Source of the DNA: an uncultured archaeon
GTDB lineage: Archaea; Nanobdellota; Nanobdellia; Woesearchaeales; UBA9642
Length of the DNA: 64,000 bases
Direction of reading: 5' to 3'
NCBI GenBank assembly: GCA_963777125.1
Contig: CAVZPN010000003.1
Coordinates: 32,503 to 96,502 of the forward strand
How positions within the stretch are numbered: the stretch's first letter is position 1; every line of letters begins with the position of its first letter. The notes beneath the pieces are model-generated. The model saw only the letters and a program-made list of their open reading frames with translations, did not search any database and was not told the origin of the DNA. The position numbers and the translations under genes are program-made. Positions 1-10,219 of this stretch are shown here, piece after piece.

Positions 1-1
1 C

Positions 2-631
2 TTAATAAGTCTAAACAACAAATTTAGATATAAACCATTAAGATACATCGGATTGTACAAGATGGTGCAAAGAATATTCGAGAGAGCAGGGTATCTTGTC
101 AGAGAAGAACCAACACCAGAACAAATTAAAAAAAAGATTCAACCAAAGATTAAATATCAAAAAAAACCATGCAACCTCCACTGGTTTAGGCACTCAAGAT
201 CGACTATATGGGCATCACAATATACTGAAAATCTGCTCTGTAAATTAATGGGTTGGGTATCTGGAAGTGATCAACCAAAAATCTATGTGCATTTATGTGG
301 AACAGAAGTTAAAGAAGCATTCCAAAAGATGAATGGTCTTGCTGAAGTTCCTAAAACCATACCTGAAATAATAACCTGTATCTGTGGTGCTAAAAATAAT
401 AATTCTGCAAGATATTGTTATCAATGCTACAAACCCTTATCAATAGATATAGCAATTCTCGACGATTTAAAAAAGCGTGAAGCAATGAATGAAGCATTCA
501 AGAAATTTGAAGAAATAATGCAAGACGCAAATGAAAGAGCTGAATGGTTTCAATTCGATCAAGCAGTAACTATAACGCCTAATTCAGGGGTCAAGTTACG
601 CCCAGAAAACAGCAAGGAGGTGAAACTATGA
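2..631 (+). CDS. Tyrosine recombinase/integrase, C-terminal part with C-terminal zinc ribbon (5' partial)
   Basis: Frame is open back to base 2. HxxR motif (HWFRHSR), downstream GW...IYVHL with likely catalytic Tyr, then CICG-x10-CYQC zinc ribbon. Confidence 0.8.
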   Translation, partial: LISLNNKFRYKPLRYIGLYKMVQRIFERAGYLVREEPTPEQIKKKIQPKIKYQKKPCNLHWFRHSRSTIWASQYTENLLCKLMGWVSGSDQPKIYVHLCGTEVKEAFQKMNGLAEVPKTIPEIITCICGAKNNNSARYCYQCYKPLSIDIAILDDLKKREAMNEAFKKFEEIMQDANERAEWFQFDQAVTITPNSGVKLRPENSKEVKL

Positions 632-1479
632 AAAGAAACATCCCATACACATTGTTTCCAGAAACAGTCCCAATAGGATTGGGGAGAAACCACTTCAGAA
701 TACTACAGCTATTACTTGAAAACCCCGACGGAATACTGCAAAAAGAGATTGTTAAGAAACTAAAAATAGACAAAACAACAGTTTCCGAAATAAAAGATGA
801 TCTTATAAAATTAGGTTGGTGCACAAATATGGAATTATACATAGCTAAAGAAATACGCATAGTTCCCAAAAAGATTGATGAGATAAAAAATTATCTCGGG
901 CACGTACAAAGGGTGGGGAAGTGCCTCTTCGTAAGACCACATGACGTAGTGGTTAGTTGCACATTAATCAAAGCAGGAGATATACGCCCAGAAATATTTT
1001 ATGCCTTATCAGCTAAATATCATGTGATTCTATCATCAATGAAAAATAATTTACAATGCCATTGTGAAACACCAGATGGAGACATCCAACTATATCAAAA
1101 AGGTAGTAAAGTAAAATTCTACATTCGAGAAGTAATCATACCTGTAGTTGAAGAAGACCTCGAAATATACGAAGAACACATTGTTAAAGAAATTCACAGA
1201 AGACTAAACATATTAAGAAGTATCATGCAGAAGCATTTAGGAAAATACAAAATAAAATTAAGCAATGTAGACTATCTAAAATCAATACATTTAGGCGAGG
1301 TAACTTCCGAAAATGTTGCTAAAGTACTCAAAAGAAACAAACTTCTCGAAGATCTTGGAATGTTTCAAGATAAATCCATAAGAGGATGTATAGAATCAGA
1401 AATGAAAGGCAATCCACACAAAGCATATCTTGCTATGAGAGAAATGTTAAGGGCTACTTTCGATATAGAAGATGATTAA
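628..1479 (+). CDS. Winged-helix (MarR-like N-terminus) protein with unknown C-terminal domain
   Basis: ILQLLLENPDGILQKEIVKKLKIDKTTVSEIKDDL is a wHTH pattern; ATGA overlap with the integrase stop. Confidence 0.6.
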   Translation: MKRNIPYTLFPETVPIGLGRNHFRILQLLLENPDGILQKEIVKKLKIDKTTVSEIKDDLIKLGWCTNMELYIAKEIRIVPKKIDEIKNYLGHVQRVGKCLFVRPHDVVVSCTLIKAGDIRPEIFYALSAKYHVILSSMKNNLQCHCETPDGDIQLYQKGSKVKFYIREVIIPVVEEDLEIYEEHIVKEIHRRLNILRSIMQKHLGKYKIKLSNVDYLKSIHLGEVTSENVAKVLKRNKLLEDLGMFQDKSIRGCIESEMKGNPHKAYLAMREMLRATFDIEDD

Positions 1480-1484
1480 CTAAT

Positions 1485-1910
1485 TTATTCTTTTTTTATC
1501 TTTGGTCTGCCGATAATTTTATTTTTATTTACTTCTTTAAACCAATTTTGTATCATTCTTATAGAATAATTTCTCCCAAAAGCTTTGTAGATTTCCCATT
1601 GAGCTTGTTGAGGAGTTGATACTTCAAAATGCCTATAAGGCATATTAGATCTTATAAAATATCCTCGTCTTATGCTTTCTTTTATTTCAGCTATGTTATT
1701 ATTAGTTAATTTTTGCTTCTTATTAAACGAATATTTATTATCGAAGTTATAGGGATTATTTATATGCCTATGAATACGAAAATAAATTGTTGAGAGTGGA
1801 AGATGTAATTGTTTAGAAATCTCTTTCGGAGTCTTACCTATAGAAATTAATTCAACTATTTTCTTTCTTCTCTGTATAAATAACGGATTTATGATTTTAT
1901 TCCTCCGCAT
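1485..1910 (-). CDS. HTH DNA-binding protein
   Basis: KIVELISIGKTPKEISKQLHLPLSTIYFRI is an HTH signature. Confidence 0.6.
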   Translation of the reverse strand: MRRNKIINPLFIQRRKKIVELISIGKTPKEISKQLHLPLSTIYFRIHRHINNPYNFDNKYSFNKKQKLTNNNIAEIKESIRRGYFIRSNMPYRHFEVSTPQQAQWEIYKAFGRNYSIRMIQNWFKEVNKNKIIGRPKIKKE

Positions 1911-2272
1911 GAAATATTATCATAGTTTGTGTCCTCTCATTTAAATACTTTTCCAATATTGTTTCATATTTATATTTATTAGAATAAATAGTTCTCTTCA
2001 GCTAAAATGCACATTTTATTATCATAATAAAAAATAGATTATTATATACTTCAGAATATCCTTTTTAAGATATAGATTTCTCAAGCCGACAATACATATA
2101 AATAACCTTTACTATCCGATAGTAGTTATGAGTATTGTATTATTCTTATAACAATGATCGAGAGTTATCTGCTCGTGAGATCCAGCATACACAACAGTAA
2201 CATTACATTACTACCAAAATTAGAGCAGAAATTCTATTAGTAAATATTGGATAAAAAATTAGGAGGAATAAA

Positions 2273-2728
2273 ATGGAAGATAACAAAATAAATGCAAATA
2301 AAATTATACGATTAGGAAAAATATACGGTATATCGTATTTCAAAGGCAAAATATTGAAGAGAGAATATTATTTTAATGGTAAATTATATTATTTAATTGG
2401 AGGGTATCCGAAATCGCAATATTTTCAATACCCTGATGCAAACGGAAAGATAAAATTAGTAGATGAAAAGGATTTAAAAAAATATGGTTTAGATAATGAC
2501 AATATATCGGGTGTTCGCAGTGAAGTAAGTATCCAACAAGTTATCACTGCAGGTAAATCTATAGGTAGAATTGTTTCCGATATTTATGAATATAGAGGAA
2601 AATATTATAGTAATATCTTGGTTATTGATGAAAAAAAGATGCTTCTTCACAAATCAAACCCTGATAACTTTGCAGAAAATGCTTCACCTTATGATTTATC
2701 TTTTTTCAAATTAAAAAAGGAGGAATAA
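2273..2728 (+). CDS. Hypothetical protein
   Basis: 151-aa ORF with GGAGG RBS; starts a tightly spaced run of genes. Confidence 0.55.
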   Translation: MEDNKINANKIIRLGKIYGISYFKGKILKREYYFNGKLYYLIGGYPKSQYFQYPDANGKIKLVDEKDLKKYGLDNDNISGVRSEVSIQQVITAGKSIGRIVSDIYEYRGKYYSNILVIDEKKMLLHKSNPDNFAENASPYDLSFFKLKKEE

Positions 2729-2729
2729 A

Positions 2730-3026
2730 ATGAACACATACACTAAAGAAGAAATACATAAAGTCTTGTTAGATAGATTAGAAAGAGAAATTAGAATCCA
2801 AAAAGAAAGAGGCGTGGCAGAGTTATCGCCAAGTATGTTGTATTTACAAGGATACCATGAAGCCATCTGTGATTCTATATGGGATTTGTTTGATGAAGTG
2901 TGTAAAATTGAATCATGGGATAAACACGTAGAAAATTATAAGAGAGCAAATAATATCAAAATAATAAAAGTTCCATTAAAATATATTCATACAAGTATAA
3001 CGGAGGATAAACATGAAGAAGAATAA
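2730..3026 (+). CDS. Hypothetical protein
   Basis: 98-aa ORF, GGAGG RBS, 1 nt after the previous stop. Confidence 0.55.
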   Translation: MNTYTKEEIHKVLLDRLEREIRIQKERGVAELSPSMLYLQGYHEAICDSIWDLFDEVCKIESWDKHVENYKRANNIKIIKVPLKYIHTSITEDKHEEE

Positions 3027-3474
3027 TTTACCTAAACCACATTCAGAAATGGAGAGATACCACACATTAGATGAAGTAAGCTATGCTATTTCTGCTGAAG
3101 AATTGTCTGATGTGAATAGATTATTGTTGTGTGAAGCATGTCTTAAACTTCCAAGAGACATGGTTGATAAAATAGGATCAGAAATATTTTTTTTAGACTT
3201 TGAATATACTATGGCACTTCATCTACGCATAAATACAATCAAACGAAAGAGCATAATCTTTTTTTCAGATGAATTTACTGATTTAAGCGATAATGAAAAA
3301 ATCAGAATAATATTGCATGAAATTGGACACCATATTTTAGGTCATAAAAGCCACATGTGCCTCGAATGTTGTCCAGATTGTTTTGAACAATTTGAGAAAG
3401 AAGCAGATGACTTTGCACAGAAATATCTTACAGATTCTGAAATACGAGGGAGTGAAAATGAAATCAGAAATTAA
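3013..3474 (+). CDS. HExxH zinc metallopeptidase (ImmA/IrrE- or M48-like)
   Basis: IILHEIGHHILGH motif followed by E-x-E-A-D-x-F-A (EKEADDFA). Confidence 0.7.
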   Translation: MKKNNLPKPHSEMERYHTLDEVSYAISAEELSDVNRLLLCEACLKLPRDMVDKIGSEIFFLDFEYTMALHLRINTIKRKSIIFFSDEFTDLSDNEKIRIILHEIGHHILGHKSHMCLECCPDCFEQFEKEADDFAQKYLTDSEIRGSENEIRN

Positions 3475-3595
3475 TAAACTAATCAATGCGACAAAAAATC
3501 CTGCTGAAAAGAAAATAATTGCGCTAATATATTATTCGGGGTTACGAGTAAGCGAAATAAAAAATCTTCAAATCAGCGATATTGAAAAACACTAA
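3458..3595 (+). pseudogene. Truncated tyrosine recombinase fragment (45 aa)
   Basis: ALIYYSGLRVSEIKNLQISDI is the box I Arg motif; stop codon follows, no HxxR or Tyr motifs. Confidence 0.7.
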
Positions 3596-3790
3596 TATGT
3601 TAAAAGACATTAAAGTGTTATTTATCACGTTGGAGTATTTTTTTCTTCTTTTTCTATTCTTGGTATTAGTTCAATACTTATAATCTCGTATTTTATTATC
3701 ATAATAATATTATTCGAGAAATCTTTATATGTCTTTCTCTAATATTTTCGGATATTTTACGAATATTTCGTATATTTTTGGGGGTGCTTT

Positions 3791-4513
3791 ATGAATAGAA
3801 GTAGATTTCAGTTGGAGTTTGCAGGGTATAATCATCAGGATTCTACCGAGAAGCGTATGTATAAGGAATTGTATGATTGTCCGAAGTGGCAATTAGTATT
3901 AATATCTAAAGTAGTGCATGATATTCGCAAGGAGAAATATATTCGTTCTAAAGATACTAAATATGGTGATCTTCCGAGATGTTTTAACGAGGAGCAGATA
4001 TTTAGATTTTTTAAGGGTTGGAAAAATAAAAAGGTCAAAAATGCGTTTCTAATCCAATTCTTTTATGGACTTCGAGTTGGAGAATTAAAGAATATAACTT
4101 ATTTGAAAAATCAAAACTTGTTGAGAGTCTATAATGAGAAGTGCAATCGAATAGAATATCTTCCCGTGCATGGAAAGACAAAGGAATTAATGAAACATAT
4201 TCCTATAACGCTCTCATCACATTATTTGCGTAACAAATTCAGAGCTAACACATTCAGACATAAAATGAATTATTCATATAATACAAGCACCGATGGTTTG
4301 AAATTATGGCAATTCACAACCCATAGCATGAGACATAGCTCAATAGTAATATTCGGGAGACATATTGTTGATCCAATTAAATGTATGAAATTTAGCAGAC
4401 ACAAAGCAAACAAGACATTCGGGGTATTACCGACATACAGTTATTATGGACAGGATGAATTGAGAAAAGATTTAGAAAAAGCATTTAAGAAATATTACGG
4501 TTTAATTATTTAG
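3791..4513 (+). CDS. Short tyrosine recombinase (catalytic domain)
   Basis: FFYGLRVGEL (Arg), THSMRH (HxxR), SRHK (His), TYSYY (Tyr candidates). Confidence 0.8.
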   Translation: MNRSRFQLEFAGYNHQDSTEKRMYKELYDCPKWQLVLISKVVHDIRKEKYIRSKDTKYGDLPRCFNEEQIFRFFKGWKNKKVKNAFLIQFFYGLRVGELKNITYLKNQNLLRVYNEKCNRIEYLPVHGKTKELMKHIPITLSSHYLRNKFRANTFRHKMNYSYNTSTDGLKLWQFTTHSMRHSSIVIFGRHIVDPIKCMKFSRHKANKTFGVLPTYSYYGQDELRKDLEKAFKKYYGLII

Positions 4514-5009
4514 TAACTTTATCTGCAAGTTTTTTAGCAGTTTGTAGTTGATCGGCAAAGTCCGATACCTCTTGAGCTGTTTTTGCAGTTTTTACAAATA
4601 GTTTTAATCTGTTACAATCCTGCTCGGATAATGTCTGACAATTAGTATCAACTACAGACATCATTGCTTGATATGTTGCATCAGATACAGCATCATTAAC
4701 TGTATTAACAGCATCAGTAACTTGCGTTGAAGTTTGACCTATCGCACTATTAGCGAAAGGATATGCGATAAGGTAAGTTCCTCCAGTAGCAAGAAGACAT
4801 ACTAAAAACGCTATGCCGATGTAGAGTGATGCTTCTTGAAATAAAAAAAGCGATACTATTAATGCTATAAGTAGGATTATTGACAAAACACCTACTATGG
4901 GAAATAATATTTTAGCAATATAAATAACTCCCGCTATAATTGCACAGATTAAGATAAACACTCCAAAATAGACTGCACCGTCGCTTTGACCATTGCCTGA
5001 TTTGTTCAT
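4506..5009 (-). CDS. Membrane protein, last gene of the hsd operon
   Basis: About three hydrophobic helices then a soluble helical tail; the MNKSG start gives an ATGA overlap with the hsdR stop. Confidence 0.6.
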   Translation of the reverse strand: MNKSGNGQSDGAVYFGVFILICAIIAGVIYIAKILFPIVGVLSIILLIALIVSLFLFQEASLYIGIAFLVCLLATGGTYLIAYPFANSAIGQTSTQVTDAVNTVNDAVSDATYQAMMSVVDTNCQTLSEQDCNRLKLFVKTAKTAQEVSDFADQLQTAKKLADKVTK

Positions 5010-8000
5010 GTTGTGATCTCTGCCCAATCTTTTGCTACTATTTTTGCTTGATCCAATACTGTTTCTATTGCTTTTTGTTCCATGTCAGGCGGATAACCAT
5101 ATTTTTTTAGAACTCTTTTTACTAATACTCTTAATTTTGCTTGTAGATTGTCTCTTTCTGTCCAATCTACTTTTACATTGTTTCTTATAGTTTCTACTAT
5201 TTCTCTTGCTATAGCTTTAAGTGCTTTATCGCCGAGTATTTTTACCGCCGAATCATTTACTTCTAACGCATCATAGAATGCTACTTCATCTTCAGTTAAA
5301 TTTAATTCTTCTCCTCGTTTATTTGCTTCTCGCATATTCTTTGCTAAATCTACGAGTTCTTGAATTACTTGTGCAGTCTCAATATTTTTGTTAGTGTATG
5401 ATCTGATTGATTTTTCAAGCATTTCGAGGAAAGATTTACCTTGAACAATATTCTTCTTCATCTTGATTCTTATCTCATCATTGAGTAATTTCTTTAACAT
5501 TTCAAATGCGAGATTCTTTTGTGGTAATTCTTTTACATCTTCAAGGAATGCGTCTGATAATATTGCTACATTTGGTTTCTTTAATCCTGCTGATGCGAAT
5601 ATATCGACTACCCTATCAGATATTATTGCTCGTGATAATATTTGTCTTATTGCTGTATCGAGTTGATCTGAATCTGTTCCTTTGAGTGTTGTGTGTTTTG
5701 CTATTGTTGATTTTATTGCTTGGAAGAATCCTACTTCATCTTTAATGGTCATAGCTTTGTAATGTGGTATTGATAATGCGAATGCACCAATTAATGCTGT
5801 TACATTCTTTAAGTATCTTTCTTTACCATCTTTTTGTTTTAAGATGTGTTCCATTGCGTCAGGAATCATTGACATCTTATCTTTAGCCGATGCTGTAAAG
5901 AACTTTTTATAATTAAATCCGTGAAACATTGCTGTAACTATTTCATATTTTTCAAGCATTATTGCAACTGCTTCTGATTGGTCTATTGTTGGTTTTCCTT
6001 GTCCACCACTTTCAGTATAATTCGCAAGTGCTTTCTTTAACTCGTGAGCGATACCGATATAATCAACTATTAATCCACCTTGTTTGTCTTTGAATACTCT
6101 ATTTACTCGGGCTATCGCTTGCATAAGTCCGTGAGATTGCATTGGTTTATCAATATACATCGTGTGTAAACATGGAACATCAAATCCTGTAAGCCACATA
6201 TCTCTGACAATAACAAGTTTTAGTGGATCAGTTGGATCTTTCATTCTATCGCCGATCTTTCTTCTCTTCTCTTTGTTTCTAATATGTTTTTGCCATGATA
6301 CTTTATCTGTTGCTGATCCTGTCATAATAACTTTAATTGCACCTTTCTCATCATCTTTACTATCCCATTCGGGTTTGATTTTGATTATTGCTTCGTATAA
6401 TTCGACACATATTCTTCTACTCATGCACACTATCATTCCTTTGCCGTCCATTATTTCAGTTCGTTTTTCAAAGTGTTCTACTATATCTTGTGCAATTTTA
6501 TTTATTCTTTTCTCGCTTCCAATAACTTTCTCGAATCGTGCCCACTTACTTTTGAGTTTTTCTTTAATATTAGATTCTTCACTCTCTGTGACATCTTCAA
6601 ACTCTTGATCTATAGTTGGTCTCTCTTCAGGTTTTAATTCAAGTTTAGCAAGTCTACCCTCGTAATATATTCTTACTGTTACATTATCTGCGACTGCTTG
6701 TTCGATATCATATACACTGATTACTTTTCCAAATACTGCAGGAGTACTTCTATCTTTAGTCTCTATCGGTGTCCCTGTAAATCCTATAAATGAAGCGTTT
6801 GGTAGTGCATCTCTTACATATTTTGCAAAGCCATATTTTATTAATGCTTCATCGTCTTTAGTTGTAACTTTTGCTTTAAAGCCATATTGTGTTCTATGTG
6901 CCTCGTCAGCAATAACTATGATATTTGGTCTATCAGATAATACTGGATAAATATTTTTATTATCTTCTGGAGAGAATTTTTGAATGGTTGTAAATACTAC
7001 ACCCCCCGATGCTACATTTAAGAGTTTTTTAATTTCGTCTCTGCTTTCTGCTTGAACTGGTTTTTGTCTTAATAACTCATGGCATTTTAAGAATTGATCA
7101 AATAATTGTTCATCTAAATCATTTCTATCAGTAAGAACTACAATGGTCGGATTATTTAATTCGAGTATAAGTTTTCCTGCATAAAATAATGCTGTCAAAC
7201 TTTTTCCTGCACCTTGCGTATGCCATACTACACCTGCCTTTTTATCAGTTCTTATGGCTTTTATTGTTGATGCTATTGCATCATTTACAGCATCATATTG
7301 ATGATATGCTGAAAGTATCTTAATCTTTTTCTCTCTTACTGTCTCAAATACTATAAAATGTTTGATAATATCCAAAAGAGTAGTTTTGTTTAACATTCCT
7401 TTAATTAATACTTCAAGTTCAGACATCTTACTTGGCTTTTTACCATTAATAGTTTTCCAAGCAGTAAATCTTTCCCAATCAGAAGTTAATGATCCTGCTC
7501 TTGTAAAGTTACCGTCGCTAATTATAAGAATTTCATTGTATGTGAATAATGATTGAATTTGATGTTTATATGTTTGTAATTGTTCATACGCTTTCTTTAT
7601 AGTTGCCTGTTCATCAGCAGGATTCTTTAATTCAATAACTACAACAGGAATACCATTAAGGAACAATAAAATATCAGGTCTACGATTAACATTATTTTCA
7701 ATAATCGTATATTGATTAATTGCTGTAAATTCATTGTTCTTTACATCAGGATCAATTAATTTTACGGTCTTATGTTTTATCTCGCCCTTAATTCGACATT
7801 CTACTGCAACACCATTGATGAGCATGTAATGAAATACATTATTATTCATTACAAGTTTATCAGTAGAAACTCTTAAAAGAATCTTAATAGCTTGATCAAT
7901 AGCTTCATCGGGAACATCTTTGTTAATCTTTTCCAACGCAGATCTTAAACGATCAACGAGAATAATATCCTGATAGGTTTTTCTTTCAGGATGACTTCCA

Positions 8001-8101
8001 TCAGGAGAAATATCTAAACCATTAACTATCTCATAACCTTGCTCTCGAAACATATCAAGAGCCATTAATTCAACATCCTCTTCAGTTATTATGTTTCTCA
8101 T
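5006..8101 (-). CDS. hsdR: Type I restriction enzyme subunit R
   Basis: [19 protein letters not shown] nuclease motif, HTQGAGKS Walker [14 protein letters not shown] and QAIARVNR helicase motifs. Confidence 0.96.
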   Translation of the reverse strand: MRNIITEEDVELMALDMFREQGYEIVNGLDISPDGSHPERKTYQDIILVDRLRSALEKINKDVPDEAIDQAIKILLRVSTDKLVMNNNVFHYMLINGVAVECRIKGEIKHKTVKLIDPDVKNNEFTAINQYTIIENNVNRRPDILLFLNGIPVVVIELKNPADEQATIKKAYEQLQTYKHQIQSLFTYNEILIISDGNFTRAGSLTSDWERFTAWKTINGKKPSKMSELEVLIKGMLNKTTLLDIIKHFIVFETVREKKIKILSAYHQYDAVNDAIASTIKAIRTDKKAGVVWHTQGAGKSLTALFYAGKLILELNNPTIVVLTDRNDLDEQLFDQFLKCHELLRQKPVQAESRDEIKKLLNVASGGVVFTTIQKFSPEDNKNIYPVLSDRPNIIVIADEAHRTQYGFKAKVTTKDDEALIKYGFAKYVRDALPNASFIGFTGTPIETKDRSTPAVFGKVISVYDIEQAVADNVTVRIYYEGRLAKLELKPEERPTIDQEFEDVTESEESNIKEKLKSKWARFEKVIGSEKRINKIAQDIVEHFEKRTEIMDGKGMIVCMSRRICVELYEAIIKIKPEWDSKDDEKGAIKVIMTGSATDKVSWQKHIRNKEKRRKIGDRMKDPTDPLKLVIVRDMWLTGFDVPCLHTMYIDKPMQSHGLMQAIARVNRVFKDKQGGLIVDYIGIAHELKKALANYTESGGQGKPTIDQSEAVAIMLEKYEIVTAMFHGFNYKKFFTASAKDKMSMIPDAMEHILKQKDGKERYLKNVTALIGAFALSIPHYKAMTIKDEVGFFQAIKSTIAKHTTLKGTDSDQLDTAIRQILSRAIISDRVVDIFASAGLKKPNVAILSDAFLEDVKELPQKNLAFEMLKKLLNDEIRIKMKKNIVQGKSFLEMLEKSIRSYTNKNIETAQVIQELVDLAKNMREANKRGEELNLTEDEVAFYDALEVNDSAVKILGDKALKAIAREIVETIRNNVKVDWTERDNLQAKLRVLVKRVLKKYGYPPDMEQKAIETVLDQAKIVAKDWAEITT

Positions 8102-9024
8102 TGTATTGTTCTCTCTTCGAATTGTATATTGAGTAATTTAGCAACACTATTCATATTGTGAATAGATGTTTTATCCCATGATTCTCTGAATCCAATGAAT
8201 TTAGAGTGCGTTATATTTAAATGGTTATTCTTTTTTGAGAATAAAATCAAGTCATTGGTTTTGCGTGCTTTTTCACCTGATTTTATTTCTATAGATTCGA
8301 GAGTATTTCTCCCATCAGATATAAGAAAATCAAACTCTGATTGAGGTATTTTTGATGGATTGCCTATATCTATGTCATGTTCATAAATAATATTTTTACT
8401 ATCTAAATAAGTCTTATACTCCTCTTCATAAGTATTTTTTATATTTCCCTTGCTCCATTTAATATTAGGATTTCTACGCATAGCAATCTCTTTTATTGTT
8501 TTTGTTTTATTGAAATCTTTGTCAATTTTAGTTATTAGTTTCCTGTAATCAAAATTATCTGCTTTTTTTTCTATTAATGTATCAAATGCGTTTGCCCTAT
8601 CATCTTGCAAGTCAAAATTTATTAAATCCGAGATAGGGTCAATCAAATAATCTTTAACTAATAGTGTATATTTTTTCAACTCTTCTAATAATGCTTCAGT
8701 AAGATAATATTCTTGCCTTATGTATTGATGAAATTGACCATTATATCCTAACCATCGACAAAAATTAACAACGTGATCTAATCTTCTTCGTAATTGTATG
8801 TCTACGCAAATTAATTTATCTAAATTAGAATGTATGAATATTTCACACACCACTTTTAAATGTCTGGCTTCACCACCGAATAATTCGGGATCTCTATTTT
8901 CTATGCCATCGATAATCCGTTCAAACATTCCTTTTATGAAGAGATTAAACGGATGACCTCCCGAATAGATTATAATCGGATTAAGTTCCAGAAACTCTTC
9001 CAATCTTTGTTTTTCAGTCTTCAT
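8098..9024 (-). CDS. Putative PD-(D/E)XK nuclease-domain protein
   Basis: C-terminal [10 protein letters not shown]...SIEIKSG fits PD-(D/E)XK; helical N-terminal half unassigned. Confidence 0.55.
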   Translation of the reverse strand: MKTEKQRLEEFLELNPIIIYSGGHPFNLFIKGMFERIIDGIENRDPELFGGEARHLKVVCEIFIHSNLDKLICVDIQLRRRLDHVVNFCRWLGYNGQFHQYIRQEYYLTEALLEELKKYTLLVKDYLIDPISDLINFDLQDDRANAFDTLIEKKADNFDYRKLITKIDKDFNKTKTIKEIAMRRNPNIKWSKGNIKNTYEEEYKTYLDSKNIIYEHDIDIGNPSKIPQSEFDFLISDGRNTLESIEIKSGEKARKTNDLILFSKKNNHLNITHSKFIGFRESWDKTSIHNMNSVAKLLNIQFEERTIQ

Positions 9025-9026
9025 TT

Positions 9027-9536
9027 TTATATTGAATTGACGATAAATTGTTTAAACTCATCTGCTCTTGTTTTTCTATCAATAGATTCAGTGATACTTA
9101 CTAAACCATATTTTTTCAAATTAAGGATGTGCTTTTCTAATATACATTTTGGATCTTTATTTATTTTAAAGTTATTTTTCAGAACGAAAAAATAGCAAGT
9201 ATGCGTCTTATGTACTATGTCTAACAACTTTTGCGTATCATAATTAGGATTATCTGTATCAGGATTAAACGCTACAATAATATTTCTATTGTTTGTTTCT
9301 TTTACAAAATCTGTAAATTCATCTGGGTCATCAGAATTTGACATTCTTCTAATAAAGAACTCAAAATTTTCAGGATCATCAGAATTTGACATCCTACGTA
9401 AAATGAAGACTTTATTCTTAATAGTGATATATCTACATAATGTATTATTAGTAAATAACCTTAATGTTGCTGATTTACCCCAATTTGAGTATCCGACTAC
9501 AAAAAAAGCTAATTTTTTATTCATATTTTCACCCAT
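9027..9536 (-). CDS. Small P-loop NTPase/kinase-like protein with internal 16-aa duplication
   Basis: N-terminal beta-strand plus GYSNWGKS (GxxxxGKS); RRMSNSDDP occurs twice. Confidence 0.55.
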   Translation of the reverse strand: MGENMNKKLAFFVVGYSNWGKSATLRLFTNNTLCRYITIKNKVFILRRMSNSDDPENFEFFIRRMSNSDDPDEFTDFVKETNNRNIIVAFNPDTDNPNYDTQKLLDIVHKTHTCYFFVLKNNFKINKDPKCILEKHILNLKKYGLVSITESIDRKTRADEFKQFIVNSI

Positions 9537-9538
9537 GA

Positions 9539-10219
9539 TTATTCTTCAGGATTAATTATGCGTATATCATCAATATCTTCTATACTTTCTTTCATCTCTA
9601 AAAATTCTAATAAAATTTCTCTATATGCTTCAGGATCATTATTAAATAAAGTTTCACTCGCAGTATATTGGAGATCGCCTAATTTCACACTACCATTTAT
9701 TTCATCATAATATTTGTTAAATTCTTCGTAATCTCTATACAATAATCTGTGTCTCTCTCTCACATCATTAAATTGTCTGTGTGTTTGTATGTAAAATCCG
9801 CAAATAGAATCAGTCATTCCTGCTGTTAATTTACTTATCATCGGGGAAATTCTCGCTAATTGAACATCATGTCCATGTGATATTAACCCATTTCTATTTC
9901 TTAGTTCACAAACACCAACGACTACTTGACCAAAACCACTATTTATTTTTTTTAATGACTGAATGTTTTCATGCTGTGTAAGATGTTCTGTGACTATAGA
10001 TTCGAATGTTTGTTTAGATAATTGCGGAACAGAAGAAGTCTCTTCAAATACAATGCCTTTATCAGTTAGAATTGTTTTACATACGGTCTCTATGATTGCT
10101 TTCGAACCATCTATTGACGCTTCAGGTTTTGAATCTAAATACTCTTCAACGATAACCGCCTGATCTCTTAATCGATTCCATTCTTCATGTTTTTCAGTTA
10201 TTTCATTTAGCCATTCCAT
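9539..10219 (-). CDS. Abortive-infection C-terminal (Abi_C)/HEPN-like protein
   Basis: AIIETVCKTIL and SGFGQVVVGVCELRNRNGLISHGH match the Abi_C pattern, with an R...H motif. Confidence 0.65.
   Translation of the reverse strand: MEWLNEITEKHEEWNRLRDQAVIVEEYLDSKPEASIDGSKAIIETVCKTILTDKGIVFEETSSVPQLSKQTFESIVTEHLTQHENIQSLKKINSGFGQVVVGVCELRNRNGLISHGHDVQLARISPMISKLTAGMTDSICGFYIQTHRQFNDVRERHRLLYRDYEEFNKYYDEINGSVKLGDLQYTASETLFNNDPEAYREILLEFLEMKESIEDIDDIRIINPEE

Noticed and set aside
5463-7556. Antisense or shadow ORFs in the track (for example 5463, 6162, 7362, 8953, 9289, 11392, 13273, 21969, 30359, 33093, 44628, 61836)
   Set aside because: They overlap well-supported genes on the opposite strand or in another frame and show no protein motifs.
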